The position numbers and the translations under genes were made by a program. DNA of 62,863 nt, filler included, from Basidiobolus ranarum (taxonomy: Eukaryota), in the NCBI GenBank assembly GCA_040143965.1. It is 2 parts of 2 records of this genome, joined end to end, with 100 filler letters (N's around TTAATTAATTAA, not from the genome) between each part and the next. Parts side by side here need not be neighbours in the genome. Positions count along the whole stretch, not along the records: positions 31,512 to 62,863 come from JASJQH010006966.1; 1 more part is not named here. One strand, 5' to 3'. Below, piece by piece: positions 51,204-62,863 of the stretch (the first letter of the stretch is position 1; each line of letters starts with the position of its first letter). Under the pieces are notes generated by a model. It ran no database searches. It was not told the origin of the DNA and worked only from the letters and a program-made list of their open reading frames with translations.

Positions 51204-54200
51204 CTAACGACGAGAAGCGCGGAATTTAGAAATGACAAATCCGGTGAACAAGATATTAAATATCCAGAAGCCGCAAAGTATGCCAAAATTGCGCCAGCGA
51301 TTATCGTAGGACCATCCCAAAGGTTCGTAAAAGTTATTTCCTTTAGCATATGAGCAGTAATTACATATCTGTGTATCGTTCGGGTTTTGCAAGTAACCGG
51401 GTGCACGCAACAAGAAATCACTGGCATATTGTAAACATGATTGTCCAGGTGGTGGACTAAATGTAACAAATTCCCTGTCATTGCAATGAACTGGTAGATC
51501 ATGAAGCTCATTGACGACTAACCCCTCTACCCAATAATGCAAAGGGTCTATCCAATACATCCAGGCTTTCCAAAAGCCAGGCATAGAATCATAGGGAACC
51601 ATCACACCACAAAATAGATTAAGCATAGAGAAAAAGAAAGGATTGAGTAAAGCGGCCATCTGCTTGGAAGAGGAGAAAGCTGCAATCATCTGCCCCAAGG
51701 AAACGCAAAAGAATCCGAAGGCGACAAACATGAGCCACGAATAGAATGCATGACCAGAATCCTCGACGAATCCACTTACGAAGTAGAAGATCAACCAGAA
51801 GCAGGTACTTGTAACTACTAAGAACGGCAGTTCGACCATCATAATAGATATCCAGAATGGCTTCCAGCCATACATTTTACTCGAATTCTCCCGGAAATAA
51901 ACGTTACGTTCATCGATATAACGCGGTTGTGCCAAATTCATGAAAATTGATCCCATCACTAATGATTGGAAAAGGGCGAAGACACGAAGTTGAAGATCCA
52001 TCTGACTGTCACCAATTTGCCAGAAAGAGAATCCAAGAAGTATAGCAAAGATGATACAGAAACCAGCGCGACCAAAATTGTACTTGGGATTACGCCACCA
52101 CGAAAGGAACATTCTGTGGCCAACAATCTTCATTTGTGTGGCAAATGAGGTAGCAAACTCATGCTGATTAATCTTTACCTGGTTGCTCAGTTCTGCCGGC
52201 CTTACTCCATCTAATATGGCGCAAACCTTTTGACACTCGGGTGAATTATTCCAAATCGTTGGCCAATCTAAAGCATGCTTTTGATTTACAACATCAAGAA
52301 TATACTCGGCTGGGTTTGCTTCTTTGGAGCACTTGGGACCTCCGTTCCTTTCGAAATACTTTAACAAAGTTACGGAATCATGACCCAAGTCTCCAAAATA
52401 TACAGTTCTACCACCGTGGGTGAGTAGTAGTAAACGATCAAAGAAATCGAACAATACGGCGCTAGGTTGGTGGATAGTACATATAATGGCTTGCCCTTGA
52501 TCAGCTAGTTTACGCATGAATCGGATGATATTAAATGCCGCTTGGGCATCCAGACCAGAGGTGGGTTCATCGAGAAAGAGTAGCTTTGGTTTGGCGACTA
52601 GTTCGACACCAATTGTCAAGCGTTTACGTTGCTCAACAGATATACCCACACCGGCTTCCACATCGCCAACTACTGCTTCAGCAATGTCGTCCATTTCAAG
52701 TAAGTGGATTATTTCCTCTACATAGGAATCCTTTTCGGTTTTTGGTACCTCTGTGGGTTGACGAAGATAAGCAGAGAAGCGCAATGATTCGCGAACAGTA
52801 ACCGCTGGATTATATATATCCATCTGCTCACAATAACCAGTAGTTCGCTGAAAATCAACACCAATTGTATGATTATCCACTAAAATCTGTCCAGTGACTT
52901 TACCAAGTGATTTCCGCTGAGCTAATACGTCCAATAAGGTTGTTTTGCCAGCACCAGAGGCTCCTACCAGAGCAGTTAGTTGGCCTGGTTTAGCCCAGCC
53001 GTTTACTTTGTTCAACAACTGTTTGCCTTGTGGGAAGCCCTTCGCAGGAACAACATAGTCTACGTTTCTCCAAGAGAAAGTAGTTCCTTGCAGCTTCATG
53101 TCCTCAAATTTCTCCTCAACTTGTACACTTGTTTCCTCCATTGGTTTGCAATGGTCATTGCATTCAGTAGAGTGACCACTGTCTTTAAACATATTCAGAG
53201 TAAAACCGCCTTTTCCGAAGTGCTTACATTCCATAGCAATTGCTGCAAGTATGGAGAATAGGATCCAGAAACCAATGACTGCAGCTACGTTTACCCACAT
53301 TTGATCTATATCATATCCAAGAGCTTTATCCATGTATTCGCCACCATCTACGAAATTTTCACCAGGGCGAGCACCAGCAAGCGTACAGGCTTGATAAGCG
53401 ATGTTATTATAGCCAGGTCCACTAGGTACCAAAGCTGCACCAGAGCAATCAAACTTCAGCCCTTTGAATTCGTTCGCCATCATTGCTTTGAAACCGTACG
53501 CCAGTGGGCTTATCCAAAATAGCCATATGAACCATGGATGCATTTGACGATATGGAATTAAATAGCCGCTGTATAAAATACTGGCCATCAACAAGAGACC
53601 TGAATTACGCGCGGCTGTATCAAAATCAGGAGCAAAAGCGGCAAACATACGAAAATAAGCTGTCATAGTAAACCCTGAAAGTAAAAGTATAAACATAAAC
53701 ATAAAGAATTTCCCTGCATCTGCTTGTAGTCCAGTCATCCAGTACAGAATAACGGAAAAGAGAAGAATCTGGATGGCCAAGAAAGGGATGTCTGCCACCA
53801 TCTGGGCGAAGTAGAATGCGCTAGGATAATAAAAGGCAAAAGATTTATGTTTATACAGGATTGAACGGCCACTCATAGCAGCTGGAATCTCTGCTTGGGC
53901 TACGAGAGAATTGAACAGAAGAGCGAAGAACATAACACCTCCACGTGTGAATGCACCACTAGTATCAGTTGGCAGCGCCAAAAAAACCGAGCCAACGATT
54001 ATGGCTTTGAGAACCATTGAAACATAACGTGAAATCAAAGCAGCGCGATCACCAAATGTCAATTGAAATTGGCGAATAGTGAGTGCTCTGACTTGTTGTA
54101 AATAGGTAGTAGTGTAAGGGGACTTCTTAGGAACGTGTTTTTGCTTAGATTCGGAAACATGGTCACGAAATAGTTTTTCTGGATGATTTTGAACAATGTA

Positions 54201-55574
54201 CTGCTCATACTCTGCTTGTTCCAAAACCATTGTCTGATAGAGAGCAGAATCCTTGTAAGCTTTCTCCAGTTCTAGGCTATTCTTAGGAATGACGTCTTCC
54301 ATTCCGGGAATAATTTTACGCTCGTAAGGGTCAGTCACAGCAGTTAGGAAGTCCGAAGTAGTTTGACGAGGGGAATCCTGAAAGCCAAGATTTTGAAAAT
54401 ATTCCCGAGCTTTTTGTGCAGGGCCAAAGTAAACACAATGCCCCTCATCTAAAATCAAAACTTTATCAAACTCTTGATAAATCTTTTCCGAAGCCTGATA
54501 AGCAGTCACCAAGGTGGCTTTGTGCATGATATTGGTCATGATACGAAGGGATCGGATGTAACTTAGAGCTGAGGAGGCATCTAAGCCTTTAGTACTACCA
54601 TCCCATAAATTGATAGCAGCACGAGCGGCCATCTGCTCGGCAATAGATAAACGTTTACGCTCACCTCCAGACACTCCACGAACGTACTCGTTACCAACCA
54701 GAGTATTCACTGTATGCGATAACCCAAACATTTTAAGAAGAGTATTTCGAAGATTTTGGACAAAGTATTATTTAGTGTCATTTGGTAAAAGATTCCCAGG
54801 CGTTTTGCATTTTAAAGCAAAATCTATGGTTTCTTGAACTGTCAAAGTGGGAAAATGAAAGTCATCTTCTGGATTGTAGGCAACTTCGCCTACGTATCGC
54901 TTGACAAACTCCTCAGGGTAAATACCACCATACGATACTTCGCCAGTAATACGTTTATATTGTTTATGTTGGTTCGCCAATACGCGAAGTAAGGTAGAAC
55001 ATCCAGCTCCTGGACGACCGAGTACAAATACCATCTCCCCATCCTTACAAAATCCATTGATATTATGTAGGATAACTCTCCCATCATCATCGTTGTTAGG
55101 CCCTACTTTGGAAGTAGATTTACGTACCCAGGTTAGAGGATTGAGAAGTTTGCCAATTTTCTTAAAGGGAGTTGAGCAGTCTGGCATGTAGATGTGGCTA
55201 ACATTATCACCTACTACTGTTAAGTTCTTAAATGTTATTCCGATCCTCTTCGGTTTGATGGCAGCCTCTTGAATTGCTTTAGCGGTTGATTGTAGGAAAT
55301 CAGTCAAATCGAAATCATCACAATCCTCCTCTATAGAAGAGTATCTAGTATTTACTCGATGAGTTGAAGAGACTCGAGATAGCTCTCGCCGTAGATCCTC
55401 ATATTCTTCAGCAGCTCCTAAGACATCTATATTGAGATCCCCTTCGCCCCAACTATTTTCCTGGTCTTTAACTGGAACTTTGGCCGATATCTCTATCACC
55501 TCGTTTAAAGCATCAGAATAGGCGGTGGACTCGGTATTTGAACTGGAAACGTCATTGTGAGTTTCAACAGTCAT
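51204..55574 (-). pseudogene. Full-size PDR-type ABCG transporter, intronless, interrupted by one in-frame TAA at 54768-54770
   Basis: ORFs 54768..55574 and 51204..54731 share a frame. GRPGAGCS, VSGGERKR, WDGSTKGLD, GASGAGKTT, SVEQRKRLTIGVEL, LDEPTSGLD and both TMDs are present. Junction reads NDTK*YFVQNLRNTLLKMFGL. Confidence 0.75.
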
Positions 55575-57083
55575 TTGAGTTTTAAATTTTTAGTGCACTC
55601 TTTTAACAAGTCAGGTAGTAATATTGAAAAAAATGATTATGAAGGAATTGAGGTTCACATACTTGTATTTATTCTTAACGGCAAGCCACCTTCGGGGATA
55701 TGCTACTTCGAATATCCGAGTAGTAATACTACAGTGAGAGTATTGACCCTTCTAGATGGTCTTACCTCGTAGCATTTGATCTTCAATCTCGTGTTCTCGT
55801 TTATCAAATCTGGCAGTCCCAATACAGAATTAGAATCGATTTTGACTCAATACTTCAAATTTATATGGGAACAAGTCTAAATAACCTTTTCGTTTATTAC
55901 ACGAGTTTATGAAAATCAATCTTATCGCATTCACAAACTCCTCCATTCCGTCCCGTTTGTACGGATTATTTTCCGGAGTGGGTTGGAAGTACATGGTTGA
56001 CAAATCTCGGAATCTTTCTCCGAAGAATTATACCACAAAGTAATGCCGCCCACAACCGCATAGTGTTAGGAAGGTGAAATGATAAGTATCTGGATCTCTT
56101 CAACTTCACACCGTGCCTTGAGAAGCGTTCCAAATCTACGGGGCATATACATGATTTTCCCCTCCGCTTAGACACACCAGCTGTAGTATCATGGAATTAA
56201 CTTTCATACTCGATTCTTATCAGTTTAATGAGCCATCTGAGGTATTTTTGATCTTGGCTAACTTGGTATGGAATATTAGTATTGAAGTAGCTGATTTTCA
56301 GATAAGTTTTTTGGCAAAAGTGAACAATGTTAACCTATAACTTGATATCATTTGAGGTTACTATATGACTTTGAGACCGTTTAAAAATCAAATGAGAGTC
56401 ACTGTTATTTACAATCAAAGATGCTTTGTGGCCGACACGATTAGTAAACTCTCACTGGCCATCATAAATTAGGAGAATCCATGATGTAACTATCACTGTT
56501 TATCATTTGAAAGGAAATGATTTACCAATGAGATCATCGCTATTTTCAGCAATCGAACGTATATTACCTCCAAAAAAACGTTCTAGATCGGGTTTGTATC
56601 TAGATATTCGAAGTATTGATCCCAAAGAGTCGCTAATTTAAGGATCCCTATATAAAGAAGCTAAATTCCAATTGGATCTGAATTTAATTAAAGTTTAAAT
56701 CAATTCGTTGCCGAAATAAGCAATTCTACCACGTAAACGCCAAGCACCCATGTTACACGGCACGAGCATCTGGACAATAGATATGGATACGCTTATATTT
56801 AAATTATACAATAAAACGCTTATACTTGATAGATTTATTACAGAGGAAATTAAGATGGATTTGAGGAATACATTCTAGGTCCCATATGGTGCGAATAGAG
56901 GCGTAAGGAGTTGACAGCTAAACAAAAGCTTACAAAAATGATCAAATGGAGGATGGTTAAATTGGTAATGAGTTATGTGCACCAATCATAGATGTTAAGA
57001 ATATTGTGGAGCTCTAATTGGGTGCTACCTAAATTTACAAGCTACGATTATGATTACGTTGACATCCGCGCCTGTGTTGTCGT

Positions 57084-58194
57084 CTACTCTTGATGATAAT
57101 TCAGCTTAGGTGCAGGCTCAGTGCCGAACTTCTCGGTAATATGGTTAGAGCACAGAAGGGCTGAGAATAATACAAACAAGTGTGGTATCAAGAAACTAAA
57201 CGCGGTGATATAGGTAATCTTCAGAGTATTGGCAACGAAATTGGTGAGTTTGTAACGGCATCCGGAGAGTTTGGTTAGCCCTCCAGGGTTACACTTATTC
57301 GTAATTTCGGCTCTGTCGTTAGTGTTTTCAAATCCACAGCAATGCAGCTAAGGTACAAGTAATGTGTTACAAATGGGAATCTCTTAGATAATGAAATTGG
57401 AAATTTAGAACGTACATTAGCCTGTAGATGACGAATCTCTTCTTGAGAATAGTCGGACCAACGATGGTCGAGCTTACTCTGAAGATGCCATAATGAAAAT
57501 TTATAGGTAACATATCCTATCGAGGCAATTCCACCCATCATTGGCCATAAGAGAACTGTATATATAGTGAGAATCTTGCGATTGTTGAAGAAAACACCGA
57601 AATAGCCCATTATGGCTATCGCAACAGCGCAGGAGCTAACAGTAGTCAAGACTATGAAGAAGTAAGCAAAGAGATCATATACAAGAAGCCCTTTTGCAAA
57701 GTTAACTTACGAATGACTGTGCTATGTGATACGATTAAAACTACTTCAGCCCTTAGATATACTATACGAAGTTGTTAGTTTAAAGTCAATGGACGTTCTT
57801 ATCGACAGAGTATCTTACATTTGTACCAAGTAGAAAGGGAAAGCACTAGTCCAACAATTCCCATAGCCATCAACTAATCGTAGAAAAAATGGTGAGAAAA
57901 AGACAGTCGATAACATGAAGATAGCTTAGATCATACCACTGTGTTAGAAAATAAGAGAATCCATTTGGAGGGTGTCCACTTCTTGGGTTTTTTGGGTATC
58001 TTGATGGGATTTAAGCTATCATACATGGCCACTCCATCTGAGCTTCTGAAGCTCTGTACGGAAATGGAGGAATTAACTTGACTACGTAGTTGAGGATTAG
58101 AGGTGAAAGTGGTTGAGGCACTCCTCAAGGAGATATCAGAATCAGCAAAGGGTGGTCGAAAGTTCGACATCTCGTTAACTGACCTGCTGTTCAT
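57084..58194 (-). CDS. Fungal tetraspanin, Tsp2-like (5 exons; start uncertain)
   Basis: KWILLFSN, four TM helices, GYFGVFFNNRKILTIY, LHCCGF...C...C large loop, LLCSNHITEKFG tail. Confidence 0.8.
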
Positions 58195-58733
58195 GGGAGG
58201 AGAAGGGGTTAATGAAAGAAGCACTTGAAAACTTTTTCGAGATATTGATGGACATGTGCAGGTTAAATATCAAATTACAAGTTACCCTGAACGGAATTTC
58301 CTTTCTAAAAAGGATTAAAATACCTGCGATACATCATTGGTGGGTACTTTGTGTGATAAGTCCATTACCATATTTGCCTTGTCGAAGTCTAAATGAAGTA
58401 TAGAGAGCAGTGATAGGATGGTTATGACTTGGGCTAAGAATAGCCTCATAATTAATACATCTGCCCGAACCTGTTTGCCTATGAAAAGTAATTCACTACC
58501 AATAAGTTCTCTTTGAGATACGGTGAGAAAGATTCGTGAATACTATTGCTTTCCATATATAGAATATTCTAGAATGAACCTCGTACGCCTATTCCAGTTA
58601 CGGCAATTCGAAGTTATAACTCCGAGTCCAATTCTAAAACCAAACTGAAGGAAAACTGCTTCAAGAGAGTCAACTGTGTATTACGCCAAGTATTTAAGTT
58701 ATGATTGGCGTTGGTTTGGTTCGTTAATTTATC

Positions 58734-59024
58734 ATGAAGATTCGATTTTTGCTGGCGTTCCTTTTCCTATGTCAAACTTTCGCCATGGAGCAGAAGAAGG
58801 TTGAATCCTCAACTTTGTTAAATCTGTTGATGAAAGGCTTTTCGTTTTTTAGACGGGATCCTATAGAGATCTTTGGCCCGCAGCGTAAACTTGTTCTGGG
58901 GGAAGGATTGCTCGTGGCTGGACTCAAAGGTAGCTTGGCCTACAATGGTAGAAATTCAGATAATTACGATGGAGGAACTATTGAAAAAAACAATGGAAGA
59001 AGGGTGAACGCAAATCACCATTAG
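58734..59024 (+). CDS. Possible small secreted protein (96 aa)
   Basis: MKIRFLLAFLFLCQTFA looks like a signal peptide; several dibasic sites; no recognisable domain. Confidence 0.35.
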   Translation: MKIRFLLAFLFLCQTFAMEQKKVESSTLLNLLMKGFSFFRRDPIEIFGPQRKLVLGEGLLVAGLKGSLAYNGRNSDNYDGGTIEKNNGRRVNANHH

Positions 59025-59242
59025 GATTATTGTACAGTGTACAGTTTAGTAATGCTACTGGAATAATCACAATGCAGGGCGATATCTGTACTCTTTTGGA
59101 AGAGTAAACATAAGAATTCATTTATCAAATAGTGACCATATCATATACGCTATCAAACAGTGGAATTGTCGTGATTATAGTTAAATTGATGTATCAAGTA
59201 GGAAATAGAAAATGTCATTAGTTGTCTAGAGTGATTCAATCA

Positions 59243-59277
59243 TCGATTACCTGTCGATTACCTGTCGATTACCTGTC
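59243..59277. repeat. Tandem repeat TCGATTACCTG x3
   Basis: Three exact 11-nt copies. Confidence 0.8.
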
Positions 59278-59415
59278 ATAAAAGTGATAGTTTTCGGCTC
59301 ATTACGATGCCTCGATTACTATACATTTTTTGTCAATGATAATCCTCTATCATGCTGCTTGATTCCCCCTCCCCCCAGTTTTCTCCCTTTTGATTGCTAG
59401 CCGGTACAATTAAAC

Positions 59416-59453
59416 TGCAATGTTGGTTAATTCATGCAGTGTTGGTTAATTCA
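59416..59453. repeat. 19-nt tandem duplication
   Basis: tgcaatgttggttaattca / tgcagtgttggttaattca. Confidence 0.75.
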
Positions 59454-60237
59454 GATATCCATTGCTTGTATTTGCATTATCGGTCTTGCACATTTTACTA
59501 TCGTAGATCAGTATGAAGCGTACATATAAAACATTCATGGCCTTTTTACTCTACAGAGATCACAATGTTTGAAATGTATTTAGCAATGTTTCTGTCATTT
59601 ACAACGTGCCATTATTCAGTTTCAACTGTAGAATACTGTGTACACATATCAGTGAGGCTTAGATCTTCTAGTCATATGTACAATTAGAGTCTTACCGAAC
59701 ATGAACAATCTTACGATATTTCTTGTGGTGCATTTATTCCTGCATTTTGGTAGTTTCTGGAGACGCCTTATTAAAATGATGCATATTGGCCAATATACGC
59801 ATTCCAGACCTGTTACAAACAAACTGTCTAAATACATCATTGACTGGATCAACCATTTACCTGATAGTAAATACTAAAAGGAGAGCATCACTACATTCCA
59901 TACAACTTAATTTTAATATGAACAGAAATGCCCATGTTTGTATTCCTTAGCTCTTTTTACTTCTAGTTTCTAAGCCATGGTCATTGCATCATCAAAAAGT
60001 CTGATGTCTAACATATGCTTGAGGAATTAATCCATTTTTCTGGTATCTGTAACTGTATCTTAGCTTTCTTCCAATCCCTCTTCTTTCGACCTTGAGAAAT
60101 ATCCAATTCAACCTCATTATGTCAATTTTCGAAGGTAGCAATGCATAGTCATGATTGAGATGGTAAATACACTTTATTCCAGATATTTGAGCATTCAGCT
60201 TTATCAAAATATATACTAGATATAGATCCGTTTTTTT

Positions 60238-61950
60238 TCATTTTCTTACTGGAACGTTGTAAAGAACATCTGCTCGAATCACATACTTGGCACCACGAAG
60301 AACTGGGGAACCTTCATGTAATAGACTACCAACAGCGTCGCCATGTGGGAAACAGAGAATACTTCCTGTTCTTGGAGCAACAGCTCTAGCATCCATGAAG
60401 CCCGGCTCAGCATTGGGTGTGAAGAAGGTTGTGCCACCACCCTCAAATTCATCATTCAGATAGATTAAGAAAGTAAGTCGAGAATACCGCTTGCCTTCAT
60501 AAGCATCATATAGGTAAGCTCCTGTGACTGGGTCAAGACCACTTGCAGGCCATGAGCCATCGAGATGGATCTAAAATATGATATTTTAATCAGATAAGTA
60601 CTAGTCCTTTTTTTCAAAAATGGATTCTATACATACCCTGTAGATGGCTCCTGGGACGTAACGATATACACGCCATCTTGAGTTCAGTCCAACAGCTAGT
60701 TCACCATCGCCCACAGAAGTTGGGAAATGGGCTTTGCAGCGATCAAATATATGGTCAAGAAAAGGAGTGTCTGCTAGCCAGAAAAAGTTGTGTGCTAGAA
60801 CAGAGATCGATTCACTGGCAGTTCCAACAATCGGCATATCAGGTGTAAACCCAACGGATTCTGCGGCCGAGATGATCTGTTTGCATTCACTCAATGTCAA
60901 GACATCCTTCAACAAGAAAGCACCGGGAACATGTGGAACATCGATTCTCTCCACTGCTGGTTGCTGTTCTGGCTGATCCGCATAGGTGAGCTGAATTGTT
61001 CCTGGCTTGGAATGATAAAGTGTAAAATCATGCAAATTGGGAGTCTTTCGAAGAGGTCCCTTTGTATGTGCTACGATTTTGAATGAGTTCCTGTATCTTT
61101 CTGCTTCTTCTTCAGCTAAGATTCAACAAAAGACATTAATCACTGAAATCATTTTGAAGTGGATTCATTGACTAAAGAAATTACTGATAAACAACCAGTA
61201 AATATAGTACATACTAAAGAGTGTCTTGGCCAGAGCAGCCTCGTACATTTCAACCTTAGGTCCCTGTCTAGGTGCAGCTACCCACATAGGATGGTGAATC
61301 ACGGGGTGACGCTCTTTTTCACCATTTTGTGCTTTTGAAGGTACCATAGAAGGGTCAGCAGTTCTTAGGATTGAGTCCAAGACTCGCAATACATGTACAT
61401 CACCAAATGTTCCTCCTTCCTTAGCTGAAGCGGCATCGCAGTCACGGACCCAGCGTTGTAACGCTCCCAATTTTGGAACTTTGTTACGACTTCTCATTTC
61501 TTCTAAAGCAATCATTGCATCACCCCAACGACCATCAGTGAGTGCATCCGAGATACGTCCAGACTGTGTAGTACCTGAAGAAAGTAGTCAAGTAAGAATA
61601 AAGTCATGATAAGCGAAGTTTTTTTTGAAAATGAAGTAGAGTAGAGTACATTTCTCAACTCAATAATATTTACCTGTACCCGTAGTTGCAGTGGCAGCTT
61701 GCTGAAGTTGGTGAACAACAGCACGTAGTGGTTTACATGCCTTAGACCTGAAAACCTCAGGATGGCGTTCAAGTGCCAAGAGTGTCTGCAGTGTGGTAGC
61801 CATGTCATCCTCTGAGACAATTCCTACATATGAGGGGGAATTGGTGTTCTCAGAAAGGATATCTGCATTCAAAGTATCTTGGTTGTCCTTTTTTGTCGCA
61901 ATACCGGCCAGAAGGCGTCTTCTCTTGCGATCTTTACCAACTTTACCCAT
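60238..61950 (-). CDS. 2OG-Fe(II) dioxygenase (prolyl-4-hydroxylase-like) with N-terminal extension (4 exons)
   Basis: PKLGALQRWVRDCD, GLNSRWRVYRY.PG..YRIHLDGSWP (HxD), SRLTFLIYLNDEFEGGGTTFF, FPHG...HEGS....GGKYVIRADVLY. Confidence 0.88.
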
Positions 61951-62863
61951 TTTACTTTCAGTGTATTTTTGAGGTTAATATATTAATTTATATATATACT
62001 TTGGCTACACAAACGTTTAATTGTCGAGTAGGTACCGGGGGAAAGAAGAGGTGAGTGTTGAACTATGAAGGTACAACCAAAGTTAAGTCTTTTGGTTGAT
62101 CCACAAATATAGTAAGTTCGAAGAAAAAGGGAAGGAAAAAAAGGGAACAAATAGCATAATTTTGCATCAACTAGTAATATATTGAAGTTGAATCCGTTTC
62201 TCAATAAAACCACAAATGGGAAGCCACTAAAGCAGTCACTGGTTATATGTCAGGTGATACCTATTTCGATACTTTTGGGAACACTATCCTTAGCATTGTA
62301 TCTTCATAACTGACATTCCTTTCGGTCAACAGGATCCATGGTGATCCTTATAAAATACTTCACGGTTGCAACTAGAATGCTCAAGGTAATCCTCAAACAC
62401 ACCTGCAGGATTCCAGCTACTCTCAGTTAGTGACCACAAGATTTTTCAACAAGATTCTAATCAAGAGCCCTAAGCAACGATGCACCCAAAAATGGGCAAG
62501 ATAGCAAATAGTAATAATAATGAGGGAGAGGAAAAAAATCCCAATCCGATCAGTAGTGGTGGTGGAATGTTCACGCGGCTTAAAGATATATATTGTGCTG
62601 CATAGTTAATCCCTAAGATTGTTTCTATTTATCTTCCAATCAGTTCCGAGAAATATTTGGTTTCGAGTGTAGTATAACAAACAAAATCTAAATGGAGATA
62701 ATGCATACTAATATCTTGCATTTTTATACTTCAAAAAGTAGAAATAAAAATAGGTGAATCATCCTCGGACCTTTGCACAGCAAATGTCAATATTCAGTAC
62801 ATATTCAACAGTGGGATGTAGTAAGTAGATTGCTATCTCCCAAGTGCTGGTCATGCACCGATT

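Noticed and set aside
54990..55025. Degenerate Walker A (GRPGAGCS) and NBD2 signature (SVEQ) as signs of decay
   Set aside because: These are the normal asymmetric NBD motifs of fungal PDR transporters.
49722..59453. Short direct repeats as CRISPR-like arrays
   Set aside because: Only 2-3 adjacent copies each, no spacers, unrelated units, eukaryotic context.
51204..61950. ABC transporter plus oxygenase as a secondary-metabolite cluster
   Set aside because: No backbone enzyme (NRPS, PKS or terpene synthase) or pathway regulator in the window; the flanking genes are housekeeping.

Overview
Gene-dense, AT-rich, intron-rich eukaryotic DNA. Short (~55-80 nt) GT-AG introns with CTAAC/CTAAT branch points and the gene content point to an early-diverging fungus (Zoopagomycota/Mucoromycota-like; inference). 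About 23 protein genes were assembled by hand across introns: a GPI-like secreted protein, ALB1, BNA1, ATG2, RNase H2B, PAC3, NDUFS4, RPC4, RFWD3, a DUF1647-like protein, a TRP/FLC-like channel, a secreted large-subunit catalase, an acidic secreted protein, oligopeptidase B (cut by an assembly gap), CPSF6, VMA13, a Nudix hydrolase, a BAR-PH-ArfGAP-ANK protein, a MUL1-like E3, PLP1/TXNDC9, SEC9, a tetraspanin and a 2OG-Fe(II) oxygenase. There is also a PDR ABC transporter with one in-frame TAA. The left end has a degenerate tRNA-like element followed by ~1.5 kb of CpG-depleted DNA with possible LINE-RT remnants. An artificial N44-TTAATTAATTAA-N44 linker sits at 31412-31511. No convincing new multi-gene system was found. 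The best leads are a U12-type donor in RNase H2B, the single nonsense codon in the PDR gene, the tRNA-headed relic, a start codon split by an intron, a TTAGGG/G4 cluster and a fungal MUL1-like ligase. All identifications come from recognising motifs by eye, not from database searches.
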